Below the pieces are notes generated by a model. The model ran no database searches, had not been told where the DNA came from, and saw only the letters and a list, made by a program, of their open reading frames with translations. Positions 1 through 12,400 of a DNA stretch of 64,000 bases are shown in pieces. A program made the translations under genes and the position numbers. The stretch is taken from assembly GCA_039621445.1 (NCBI GenBank), contig CP154954.1:18134589-18198588 (forward strand). Reading direction: 5' to 3'. This stretch comes from Euglena gracilis. Its lineage: Eukaryota. Position 1 is the first letter of the stretch, and every line of letters starts with the position of its first letter.

Positions 1-159
1 AAAAACATATTTTTTCTTAGGGGGTACTACCCCCGTGCCCCCACCCCAGTTACACCCCCGTGACCCCCCCGTGACCCGAGAATCGATCCTTCGCCATTCT
101 TTTTTTAAAAGCATTTTTTTTAAAAAAAACAATGCACTTTCATGTATCCTTGTCCGCCC

Positions 160-460
160 AATGCACCTTCACACCCAAAAATGGCCAAAAATCTTTTCCC
201 CTGAAAGAAGTGCCAAAAACTGGTGCATTTCCCCACCCAAAACGGAATTTTGTCAAAAATGGCCCAAACTTCATCCCAAAAACGTGTTGGTCAAGAAAAT
301 CCTAGCAAAATTCCCTTTCAAAAAATGACCAATTTTATCACGATGCCACGTCATGGATGTTGCCTCCCGGCTACCTGCAAAGTGTCATACTTCCCCCGTG
401 ACCCCCCCCCCCGCCCCGTGACCCCCCCCCATGACCCCCCGCGACCCGCACCACCCCCTT
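160..460 (+). repeat. Dispersed repeat copy; inverted homolog at ~62246-62700
   Basis: 'caccttcacacccaaaaatggccaaaa...caagaaaatcctagcaaaattccctttcaaaaaatgaccaattt' and the (CCCCGTGACCC)n end match the reverse complement of 62246-62700. Confidence 0.8.
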
Positions 461-603
461 AAAAAAGCATGTTTTTTTTGTTTCGAAAAAAACAAGCCGT
501 TTTTTTAAAAAAATTTCATCTGTCTCGGGGGGGTTGGAAGTGGGGGGGGAGGGGGGGGTCCCGGGAGGGGGGGGTTGGAACTGTACAGGGGGGGGGAGGG
601 GGG

Positions 604-1481
604 GGTACTTGTCTGTTAGTCGATCCACGGCAGTGCATCAAGTCTGTTAGTCGATCCACACCTATTTTTGGCCTGCTTTTGGTCACTGATAGACAGGGAA
701 AGTACAAAACAGGGTCAGAAGATACGGGTGTTGTGTCGGCACAGGGTTAGGGTTAGGTTTATGGTTAGGGTCAGGGTTAGGTTCAGGGCTAGGTTAGGGC
801 TACGTGACCCTAACCCTAACCCAAAACCCTAAGCCTATCCCTAACCCTATTTTTGGCCTACTTTGGGTCACTGATAGACAGGGAAAGCACAAAAAAAGGG
901 TCAGACCCTGTGCCGACACCAGCCGTGTCGGCACAGGGTCTACAGAGTTAGGGTTAGGTTCAGGGTTAGGATTAGGGTTATGGTCAGGGTTAGGTTTAGG
1001 GTTTGGGCCAGGGCTAGGTTAGGGCTACGTGACCCTGACCCTAACCCTAAACCCTAAGCCTATCCCTAACCTTATTTTTGGCCTACTTTGGGTCATTGAT
1101 GGACAGGGAAAGCACAAAAAAGGGTCAGAAGACGGCTGGTGTCAGCACAGTGTCTAGAGAGTGAGGGTTAGGGTCAGGGTTTAGGGTTAGGGTTAGGGAT
1201 AGGGTTTTGGGTTTGGGTTAGGGTTGGGGTTAGGGTTTGGGTTACGTAAACCCGAACCCAACCCTGAACCCAAACCCAGAGTCCTAACCCTGACCCTAAA
1301 CCCTAACCCTAACCTTAACCCTGACTCTCTAGACACTGTGCCGACACCAGCCGTATCTTCTGACCCTGTTTTGTGCTTTCCCTGTCTATCAGTGACCCAA
1401 AGTACATCAGTGACCCAAAGTAGGCCAAAAATAGGTGTGGATCGACCTGTTTTGCCGTGGATCGACTAACAGACAAGTACC
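604..1481. mobile_element. Non-autonomous foldback element (Mutator-like MITE) filled with degenerate TTAGGG/CCCTAA repeats
   Basis: TIR GGTACTTGTCTGTTAGTCGATCCACGGCA ... TGCCGTGGATCGACTAACAGACAAGTACC; 9-bp direct repeat GGAGGGGGG at 595-603 and 1482-1490; an uninterrupted version of the host site is at ~25972-26025. Confidence 0.85.
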
Positions 1482-1689
1482 GGAGGGGGGGGGTCCCAAG
1501 GTTTGACCAACTGTACTGCCTTGTCCCCAATGGCCAGGACAGGACTGCAAAGTGCGTCGCAGGATTATCGAAAGGGGGTCCGTCGCAGGATAACATGTCA
1601 GTGCAAAATTTAACCCCCTCCCCAATTGGTCATTTTGGTCAAAAACAAGGTCCCCAGAGGCCGTCCAAGGGTTGGGCAGTACAGGGGGA

Positions 1690-2004
1690 GGGGGCTGCGG
1701 ACCCCCCGGTGAACGTTCACTGGTGAACGTTCACCGGGGGGAAGGGCGGGGAACTTTCGGCGATGAAGTTCACGGGTGAAGTTCACTGGTGAACTTCACC
1801 GTTTTGATGGTTGGAGGTGAAATTTTGCTCCTTTTCCTCACAAAATGGTCATTTTGAGGTTGATGGTTCATGGAATTTTGTCGAAATTTCCGAAGGCTTG
1901 CCCAAAATGTCATTTTTGGCCATTTTTGGCCAAAACAGTGCTGGTGAACTTCACCGGGGGGGGGGGATGGGGTCCAAAATCCCAAAAGTTACCGCCTGAT
2001 CTCC
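1690..2004 (+). mobile_element. Partial copy of the GGTGAACTTCACC-rich MITE family
   Basis: Colinear with 26219-26665; ends in the family terminus GCCTGATCTCC; left end not resolved. Confidence 0.7.
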
Positions 2005-2482
2005 TGGGGGTGAGGGCATCCCTGGGCCCCCCTGGGGGGGGGGGCAGGCTGAGTCGGGCATTTTTGGGACTTGGGGTCCTATAAAATTTGCTTAAATTTT
2101 AAGACCTTTGCACACATGATTGCATTGAGGAGTGTCCATTTTGACCAGGAAGAAGTGGGGGGGGGGCTGTGGACCCCATGTGGATGACGGCAACAGGTCT
2201 GGTTAGTTCACCGTTTTTAGGGCTGGGGGTTGAAATTTTGACCACGTTCTGTCAGACGAAGCCTGCCGGCCTCGAAGGGATTTGCCTTTAACCCCTCTCC
2301 CCCAAAGTGTCCCCCCCCCCATTGGCCATTGGCCAGTGGCCATTTTGGATTCCCATAGTTCCTGGAGGGTGCTCACTTTGAGGGAGTGAGGTTCTTTTTT
2401 TTGTCCTTGCCACCTGTCGTCATGACCTATGGAGTCCCAGATTGGGGGGATTATTTGGTACTTGTTCGCTATCGACCCTCCC

Positions 2483-2739
2483 TTTTCTGCACACAAATCG
2501 TGGCTGAGCCCAGATTTCAGCTTGAAAACGTGTTCCGCAGGGGGGCCCCCTGAACACGTTTTCAGGCTGAAATCTGGGCTCAGCCACAATTTGGTTAAAA
2601 ACGTGTTCAGAGCCCGCCAAATGCCTGCCTTGAAATTCTGATCATGATTCACGCCAAGGGAAAAAAAACGCGAAAATGTGAAATTCGGACCGAAAAAAGA
2701 GCGCCATAATGGAAAACATGCCTTGCCACAGATGCCCTA
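2483..2739 (-). mobile_element. Hairpin end of the Helentron-like family (hairpin, subterminal IR, minisatellite), cut at a TA
   Basis: ~45-bp-arm hairpin (~2492-2592) and adjacent sequence match the reverse complement of ~60825-61095. Confidence 0.8.
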
Positions 2740-2763
2740 CCATGCCCCCCCCCATATAAGACC
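2740..2763 (+). mobile_element. TA-flanked terminal repeat CCATGCCCCCCCCCATATAAGACC (Tc1/mariner-like)
   Basis: Follows TA at 2738-2739. A partner copy follows TA at 26213-26214, and similar TA|CCATRCCCC termini bound 35649-35972. Confidence 0.65.
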
Positions 2764-2859
2764 AGGTTTTGAATAGTGCTTCGCTCTTAATAAGCGCTCA
2801 CCCACCCTTGACACCCCCATATAAACCGGCCCACTCCATGGAGCTCTGTCGACTGAAAT

Positions 2860-3436
2860 GCAAAGGTTTTGTGCCCGAAACAGGGCGCCGGGGGGGGGGG
2901 TGAAGAAACACTCATTTTTGGCTCAAAATACACCTTTTCCGGGTCTGGGGAGCCAAAAAAACAGCGTTTTGTTGTGTTTTTTTTTTGACCCGAAAATGAC
3001 CGAAAGTGAGTGAGTGGGTTGACAGCCCAGAACGGGGCGCTGGCGGGTCGAAAAACGCTCATTTTTCGGCCCAAAAACAGTTTTTCTGGGTCCGGTAGAC
3101 CAAGAAAAAACATCGTTTCGGGCAAAAAAATTTTCTCCGATTTTTTCCGACTTGTTTGACCCGAAAATGACCCAAAGTCAATGGGTTGTCAGCCCAAAAC
3201 AGGGCGCTGGCGGGTCGAAAACCGCCCATTTTCGGCCCAAAAACAGTTTTTCTGGGTTCAGGAGGCCAAAAAACATCGTTTCGGGCCAAAAAAATTTCTC
3301 GATTTTTTTTCGACTTTTTTTGACCCGGTTTTGACCCAAAGTCAATGGGTTGGCAGCCCAAAACGGGGCGGCGGGTCGAAAAACGCTCATTTTTGGCTCA
3401 AAAACAGTTTTTCTGGGTTCAGGAGGCCAAAAAACA
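2860..3436. repeat. Diverged ~165-bp tandem subrepeats
   Basis: 'gggttg(a/t/g)cagccca(g/a)aac(g/a)gggcg..gcgggtcgaaaa...ttttctgggt' recurs at ~3016, ~3183 and ~3347; the array unit begins with a further derivative. Confidence 0.75.
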
Positions 3437-6400
3437 CCGTTCTGGGCAAAATTTTTTTTCGATTTTTTTTTCGACTTTTTTGACCCATGATGCCCTTCCT
3501 GGGTCATGATGCGCATCATAGGTCATGATGGGCATCATGGCCATCACAGGTCATGATGGCCATGATGGTCGAAAAACGCCCATTTTCGGCTCGAAAACCC
3601 TTTTTCCGGGTCCGGGAGGCCAAAAAGCATGGTTTTGGGTAAAATTTTTTTCGATATTTTTCGCCTTTTTTGGCCGAAAGTCCACCAGTGGAAAAAGTGT
3701 ACAAAATGGCCAAAATCGGCCGAAAAACGGCCGTATCTCGGGCTACGCGAACAGTTGCGGGAAAATCAAAATACCAGTGGATGGGGCGTTCCAACAAGGG
3801 CTTCAAATTTGGTCTCTGGACATTTCCTTTGATTTTGCTTCATTTTGGAGATATTTTAAAAACGTGTTCAGCCCGCCAAATGCCTGCCCTGAAATTCGTG
3901 GTCATGAACACGTTTTCCATGAGGGCATCTGTGGCAATGACACGTTTTCCATTAAGGCATCTGTGGTCAGGCACGTTTTCCATTAAGGCATCTGTGGCAA
4001 TGACACGTTTTCCATTAGGGCATCTGTGGCAATGGCATGTTTTCCATTAGGGCATCTGTGGCAACGGCACGTTTTCCATTAGGGCATCTGTGGCAATCAC
4101 GTGTCGTCCGAAATCGTCCGAAAATGCATTTTGCGAAATCGATCGACGATCGCGAGCGGATCTCTGGCTGTGAAAGTTGTTCAGGAACAAACTCACCCCT
4201 CGATCGAAAACTCTTTTCATCAGACGACTAGTGGTGACGACCAAATTCAGCCACGCCGCTTGGTTCTTTTTCCCTCCCCCCCCCCCCCCCGAGCTGTCCC
4301 CCCCCCCCCGAGCTATTCCCATAGGGGGGACGGGAATAGCTCACTGTCATAGCACTTTTTATAAAGAACTTCCCAAAAAAGTGCTCAAAAATCGACGTTT
4401 TTGGGACAGCCATAGAAAAGGAAAGGTCTCCCCCCTCAGTTCTTAGTCTATGTCCTTAGTCCGTTCTGGGCAAATTTTTTTTCGATTTTTTTTCGACTTT
4501 TTTGACCCATGATGCCCTTCCTGGGTCATGATGCGCATCATAGGTCATGATGGGCATCATGGCCATCACGGGTCATGATGGCCATGATGGTCGAAAAACG
4601 CCCATTTTCGGCTCGAAAACCCTTTTTCCGGGTCCGGGAGGCCCAAAAGCATGGTTTTGGGGAAAAAATTTTTCGATATTTTTCGCCTTTTTTGGCCGAA
4701 AGTCCACCAGTGGAAAAAGTGTACAAAATGGCCAAAATCGGCCGAAAAACGGCCGTATCTCGGGCTACGCGAACAGTTGTGGGAAAATCAAAATACCAGT
4801 GGATGGGGCGTTCCAACAAGGGCTTCAAATTTGGTCTCTGGACATTTCCTTTGATTTTGCTTCATTTTGGAGATATTTTAAAAACGTGTTCAGCCCGCCA
4901 AATGCCTGCCCTGAAATTCGTGGTCATGAACACGTTTTCCATGAGGGCATCTGTGGCAATGACACGTTTTCCATTAAGGCATCTGTGGTCAGGCACGTTT
5001 TCCATTAAGGCATCTGTGGCAATGACACGTTTTCCATTAGGGCATCTGTGGCAATGGCATGTTTTCCATTAGGGCATCTGTGGCAACGGCACGTTTTCCA
5101 TTAGGGCATCTGTGGCAATCACGTGTCGTCCGAAATCGTCCGAAAATGCATTTTGCGAAATCGATCGACGATCGCGAGCGGATCTCTGGCTGTGAAAGTT
5201 GTTCAGGAACAAACTCACCCCTCGATCGAAAACTCTTTTCATCAGACGACTAGTGGTGACGACCAAATTCAGCCACGCCGCTTGGTACTCTTACCATCCC
5301 CCCCCCCGAGCTGTTCCCCCCCCCCCCCGAGCTATTCCCATAGGGGGGACGGGAATAGCTCACTGTCATAGCACTTTTTATAAAGAACTTCCCAAAAAAG
5401 TGCTCAAAAATCGACGTTTTTGGGACAGCCATAGAAAAGGAAAGGTCTCCCCCCTCAGTTCTTAGTCTATGTCCTTAGTCCGTTCTGGGCAATTTTTTTT
5501 TCGATTTTTTTTCGACTTTTTTGACCCATGATGCCCTTCCTGGGTCATGATGCGCATCATAGGTCATGATGGGCATCATGGCCATCACGGGTCATGATGG
5601 CCATGATGGTTGAAAAACGCCCATTTTCGGCTCGAAAACCCTTTTTCCGGGTCCGGGAGGCCCAAAAGCATGGTTTTGGGTAAAAAATTTTTCGATATTT
5701 TTCGCCTTTTTTGGCCGAAAGTCCACCAGTGGAAAAAGTGTACAAAATGGCCAAAATCGGCCGAAAAACGGCCGTATCTCGGGCTACGCGAACAGTTGCG
5801 GGAAAATCAAAATACCAGTGGATGGGGCGTTCCAACAAGGGCTTCAAATTTGGTCTCTGGACATTTCCTTTGATTTTGCTTCATTTTGGAGATATTTTAA
5901 AAACGTGTTCAGCCCGCCAAATGCCTGCCCTGAAATTCGTGGTCATGAACACGTTTTCCATGAGGGCATCTGTGGCAATGACACGTTTTCCATTAAGGCA
6001 TCTGTGGTCAGGCACGTTTTCCATTAAGGCATCTGTGGCAATGACACGTTTTCCATTAGGGCATCTGTGGCAATGGCATGTTTTCCATTAGGGCATCTGT
6101 GGCAACGGCACGTTTTCCATTAGGGCATCTGTGGCAATCACGTGTCGTCCGAAATCGTCCGAAAATGCATTTTGCGAAATCGATCGACGATCGCGAGCGG
6201 ATCTCTGGCTGTGAAAGTTGTTCAGGAACAAACTCACCCCTCGATCGAAAACTCTTTTCATCAGACGACTAGTGGTGACGACCAAATTCAGCCACGCCGC
6301 TTGGTACTCTTACCCCCCCCCCCCCCCGAGCTGTCCCCCCCCCCCCCGAGCTATTCCCATAGGGGGGACGGGAATAGCTCACTGTCATAGCACTTTTTAT

Positions 6401-9400
6401 AAAGAACTTCCCAAAAAAGTGCTCAAAAATCGACGTTTTTGGGACAGCCATAGAAAAGGAAAGGTCTCCCCCCTCAGTTCTTAGTCTATGTCCTTAGTCC
6501 GTTCTGGGCAAATTTTTTTTCGATTTTTTTTTGACTTTTTTGACCCATGATGCCCTTCCTGGGTCATGATGCGCATCATAGGTCATGATGGGCATCATGG
6601 CCATCACGGGTCATGATGGCCATGATGGTCGAAAAACGCCCATTTTCGGCTCGAAAACCCTTTTTCCGGGTCCGGGAGGCCCAAAAGCATGGTTTTGGGG
6701 AAAAATTTTTTCGATATTTTTCGCCTTTTTTGGCCGAAAGTCCACCAGTGGAAAAAGTGTACAAAATGGCCAAAATCGGCCGAAAAACGGCCGTATCTCG
6801 GGCTACGCGAACAGTTGTGGGAAAATCAAAATACCAGTGGATGGGGCGTTCCAACAAGGGCTTCAAATTTGGTCTCTGGACATTTCCTTTGATTTTGCTT
6901 CATTTTGGAGATATTTTAAAAACGTGTTCAGCCCGCCAAATGCCTGCCCTGAAATTCGTGGTCATGAACACGTTTTCCATGAGGGCATCTGTGGCAATGA
7001 CACGTTTTCCATTAAGGCATCTGTGGTCAGGCACGTTTTCCATTAAGGCATCTGTGGCAATGACACGTTTTCCATTAGGGCATCTGTGGCAATGGCATGT
7101 TTTCCATTAGGGCATCTGTGGCAACGGCACGTTTTCCATTAGGGCATCTGTGGCAATCACGTGTCGTCCGAAATCGTCCGAAAATGCATTTTGCGAAATC
7201 GATCGACGATCGCGAGCGGATCTCTGGCTGTGAAAGTTGTTCAGGAACAAACTCACCCCTCGATCGAAAACTCTTTTCATCAGACGACTAGTGGTGACGA
7301 CCAAATTCAGCCACGCCGCTTGGTACTCTTACCATTCCCCCCCCCCCCCCCCCCACCTTTCCCCCCCCCCCCCCCGAGCTATTCCCATAGGGGGGACGGG
7401 AATAGCTCACTGTCATAGCACTTTTTATAAAGAACTTCCCAAAAAAGTGCTCAAAAATCGACGTTTTTGGGACAGCCATAGAAAAGGAAAGGTCTCCCCC
7501 CTTAGTTCTTAGTCTATGTCCTTAGTCCGTTCTGGGCAAATTTTTTTTTCGATTTTTTTTCGACTTTTTTGACCCATGATGCCCTTCCTGGGTTATGATG
7601 CGCATCATAGGTCATGATGGGCATCATGGCCATCACGGGTCATGATGGCCATGATGGTTGAAAAACGCCCATTTTCGGCTCGAAAACCCTTTTTCCGGGT
7701 CCGGGAGGCCCAAAAGCATGGTTTTGGGTAAAAAATTTTTCGATATTTTTCGCCTTTTTTGGCCGAAAGTCCACCAGTGGAAAAAGTGTACAAAATGGCC
7801 AAAATCGGCCGAAAAACGGCCGTATCTCGGGCTACGCGAACAGTTGCGGGAAAATCAAAATACCAGTGGATGGGGCGTTCCAACAAGGGCTTCAAATTTG
7901 GTCTCTGGACATTTCCTTTGATTTTGCTTCATTTTGGAGATATTTTAAAAACGTGTTCAGCCCGCCAAATGCCTGCCCTGAAATTCGTGGTCATGAACAC
8001 GTTTTCCATGAGGGCATCTGTGGCAATGACACGTTTTCCATTAAGGCATCTGTGGTCAGGCACGTTTTCCATTAAGGCATCTGTGGCAATGACACGTTTT
8101 CCATTAGGGCATCTGTGGCAATGGCATGTTTTCCATTAGGGCATCTGTGGCAACGGCACGTTTTCCATTAGGGCATCTGTGGCAATCACGTGTCGTCCGA
8201 AATCGTCCGAAAATGCATTTTGCGAAATCGATCGACGATCGCGAGCGGATCTCTGGCTGTGAAAGTTGTTCAGGAACAAACTCACCCCTCGATCGAAAAC
8301 TCTTTTCATCAGACGACTAGTGGTGACGACCAAATTCAGCCACGCCGCTTGGTACTCTTCCCATCCCCCCCCCCCCGAGCTGTCCCCCCCCCCCCCGAGC
8401 TATTCCCATAGGGGGGACGGGAATAGCTCACTGTCATAGCACTTTTTATAAAGAACTTCCCAAAAAAGTGCTCAAAAATCGACGTTTTTGGGACAGCCAT
8501 AGAAAAGGAAAGGTCTCCCCCCTCAGTTCTTAGTCTATGTCCTTAGTCCGTTCTGGGCAAAATTTTTTTCGATTTTTTTTCGACTTTTTTGACCCATGAT
8601 GCCCTTCCTGGGTCATGATGCGCATCATAGGTCATGATGGGCATCATGGCCATCACGGGTCATGATGGCCATGATGGTCGAAAAACGCCCATTTTCGGCT
8701 CGAAAACCCTTTTTCCGGGTCCGGGAGGCCCAAAAGCATGGTTTTGGGGAAAAAATTTTTCGATATTTTTCGCCTTTTTTGGCCGAAAGTCCACCAGTGG
8801 AAAAAGTGTACAAAATGGCCAAAATCGGCCGAAAAACGGCCGTATCTCGGGCTACGCGAACAGTTGCGGGAAAATCAAAATACCAGTGGATGGGGCGTTC
8901 CAACAAGGGCTTCAAATTTGGTCTCTGGACATTTCCTTTGATTTTGCTTCATTTTGGAGATATTTTAAAAACGTGTTCAGCCCGCCAAATGCCTGCCCTG
9001 AAATTCGTGGTCATGAACACGTTTTCCATGAGGGCATCTGTGGCAATGACACGTTTTCCATTAAGGCATCTGTGGTCAGGCACGTTTTCCATTAAGGCAT
9101 CTGTGGCAATGACACGTTTTCCATTAGGGCATCTGTGGCAATGGCATGTTTTCCATTAGGGCATCTGTGGCAACGGCACGTTTTCCATTAGGGCATCTGT
9201 GGCAATCACGTGTCGTCCGAAATCGTCCGAAAATGCATTTTGCGAAATCGATCGACGATCGCGAGCGGATCTCTGGCTGTGAAAGTTGTTCAGGAACAAA
9301 CTCACCCCTCGATCGAAAACTCTTTTCATCAGACGACTAGTGGTGACGACCAAATTCAGCCACGCCGCTTGGTACTCTTACCATCCCCCCCCCCCGAGCT

Positions 9401-12400
9401 GTCCCCCCCCCCCCCGAGCTATTCCCATAGGGGGGACGGGAATAGCTCACTGTCATAGCACTTTTTATAAAGAACTTCCCAAAAAAGTGCTCAAAAATCG
9501 ACGTTTTTGGGACAGCCATAGAAAAGGAAAGGTCTCCCCCCTCAGTTCTTAGTCTATGTCCTTAGTCCGTTCTGGGCAAAATTTTTTTCGATTTTTTTTC
9601 GACTTTTTTGACCCATGATGCCCTTCCTGGGTCATGATGCGCATCATAGGTCATGATGGGCATCATGGCCATCACGGGTCATGATGGCCATGATGGTCGA
9701 AAAACGCCCATTTTCGGCTCGAAAACCCTTTTTCCGGGTCCGGGAGGCCCAAAAGCATGGTTTTGGGGAAAAAATTTTTCGATATTTTTCGCCTTTTTTG
9801 GCCGAAAGTCCACCAGTGGAAAAAGTGTACAAAATGGCCAAAATCGGCCGAAAAACGGCCGTATCTCGGGCTACGCGAACAGTTGTGGGAAAATCAAAAT
9901 ACCAGTGGATGGGGCGTTCCAACAAGGGCTTCAAATTTGGTCTCTGGACATTTCCTTTGATTTTGCTTCATTTTGGAGATATTTTAAAAACGTGTTCAGC
10001 CCGCCAAATGCCTGCCCTGAAATTCGTGGTCATGAACACGTTTTCCATGAGGGCATCTGTGGCAATGACACGTTTTCCATTAAGGCATCTGTGGTCAGGC
10101 ACGTTTTCCATTAAGGCATCTGTGGCAATGACACGTTTTCCATTAGGGCATCTGTGGCAATGGCATGTTTTCCATTAGGGCATCTGTGGCAACGGCACGT
10201 TTTCCATTAGGGCATCTGTGGCAATCACGTGTCGTCCGAAATCGTCCGAAAATGCATTTTGCGAAATCGATCGACGATCGCGAGCGGATCTCTGGCTGTG
10301 AAAGTTGTTCAGGAACAAACTCACCCCTCGATCGAAAACTCTTTTCATCAGACGACTAGTGGTGACGACCAAATTCAGCCACGCCGCTTGGTACTCTTAC
10401 CATCCCCCCCCCCCGAGCTGTTCCCCCCCCCCCGAGCTATTCCCATAGGGGGGACGGGAATAGCTCACTGTCATAGCACTTTTTATAAAGAACTTCCCAA
10501 AAAAGTGCTCAAAAATCGACGTTTTTGGGACAGCCATAGAAAAGGAAAGGTCTCCCCCCTCAGTTCTTAGTCTATGTCCTTAGTCCGTTCTGGGCAAATT
10601 TTTTTTCGATTTTTTTTCGACTTTTTTGACCCATGATGCCCTTCCTGGGTCATGATGCGCATCATAGGTCATGATGGGCATCATGGCCATCACGGGTCAT
10701 GATGGCCATGATGGTCGAAAAACGCCCATTTTCGGCTCGAAAACCCTTTTTCCGGGTCCGGGAGGCCCAAAAGCATGGTTTTGGGTAAAAAATTTTTCGA
10801 TATTTTTCGCCTTTTTTGGCCGAAAGTCCACCAGTGGAAAAAGTGTACAAAATGGCCAAAATCGGCCGAAAAACGGCCGTATCTCGGGCTACGCGAACAG
10901 TTGCGGGAAAATCAAAATACCAGTGGATGGGGCGTTCCAACAAGGGCTTCAAATTTGGTCTCTGGACATTTCCTTTGATTTTGCTTCATTTTGGAGATAT
11001 TTTAAAAACGTGTTCAGCCCGCCAAATGCCTGCCCTGAAATTCGTGGTCATGAACACGTTTTCCATGAGGGCATCTGTGGCAATGACACGTTTTCCATTA
11101 AGGCATCTGTGGTCAGGCACGTTTTCCATTAAGGCATCTGTGGCAATGACACGTTTTCCATTAGGGCATCTGTGGCAATGGCATGTTTTCCATTAGGGCA
11201 TCTGTGGCAACGGCACGTTTTCCATTAGGGCATCTGTGGCAATCACGTGTCGTCCGAAATCGTCCGAAAATGCATTTTGCGAAATCGATCGACGATCGCG
11301 AGCGGATCTCTGGCTGTGAAAGTTGTTCAGGAACAAACTCACCCCTCGATCGAAAACTCTTTTCATCAGACGACTAGTGGTGACGACCAAATTCAGCCCC
11401 GCCGCCTTGTTCCCTTCCCACCCCCCCCCCCCCCCCGAGCTGTTCCCCCCCCCCCGAGCTATTCCCATAGGGGGGACGGGAATAGCTCACTGTCATAGCA
11501 CTTTTTATAAAGAACTTCCCAAAAAAGTGCTCAAAAATCGACGTTTTTGGGACAGCCATAGAAAAGGAAAGGTCTCCCCCCTCAGTTCTTAGTCTATGTC
11601 CTTAGTCCGTTCTGGGCAAAATTTTTTTTCGATTTTTTTTCGACTTTTTTGACCCATGATGCCCTTCCTGGGTCATGATGCGCATCATAGGTCATGATGG
11701 GCATCATGGCCATCACGGGTCATGATGGCCATGATGGTCGAAAAACGCCCATTTTCGGCTCGAAAAACCCTTTTTTCCGGGTCCGGGAGGCCCAAAAGCA
11801 TGGTTTTGGGGAAAAATTTTTTCGATATTTTTCGCCTTTTTTGGCCGAAAGTCCACCAGTGGAAAAAGTGTACAAAATGGCCAAAATCGGCCGAAAAACG
11901 GCCGTATCTCGGGCTACGCGAACAGTTGTGGGAAAATCAAAATACCAGTGGATGGGGCGTTCCAACAAGGGCTTCAAATTTGGTCTCTGGACATTTCCTT
12001 TGATTTTGCTTCATTTTGGAGATATTTTAAAAACGTGTTCAGCCCGCCAAATGCCTGCCCTGAAATTCGTGGTCATGAACACGTTTTCCATGAGGGCATC
12101 TGTGGCAATGACACGTTTTCCATTAAGGCATCTGTGGTCAGGCACGTTTTCCATTAAGGCATCTGTGGCAATGACACGTTTTCCATTAGGGCATCTGTGG
12201 CAATGGCATGTTTTCCATTAGGGCATCTGTGGCAACGGCACGTTTTCCATTAGGGCATCTGTGGCAATCACGTGTCGTCCGAAATCGTCCGAAAATGCAT
12301 TTTGCGAAATCGATCGACGATCGCGAGCGGATCTCTGGCTGTGAAAGTTGTTCAGGAACAAACTCACCCCTCGATCGAAAACTCTTTTCATCAGACGACT

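Noticed and set aside
744-1322. True telomere or chromosome fusion site
   Set aside because: Repeats are degenerate, internal, and bounded by TIRs with a TSD.
3910-4097. 32-bp repeats as a CRISPR array
   Set aside because: Units are directly adjacent with no unique spacers, there are no cas genes, and the context is eukaryotic.
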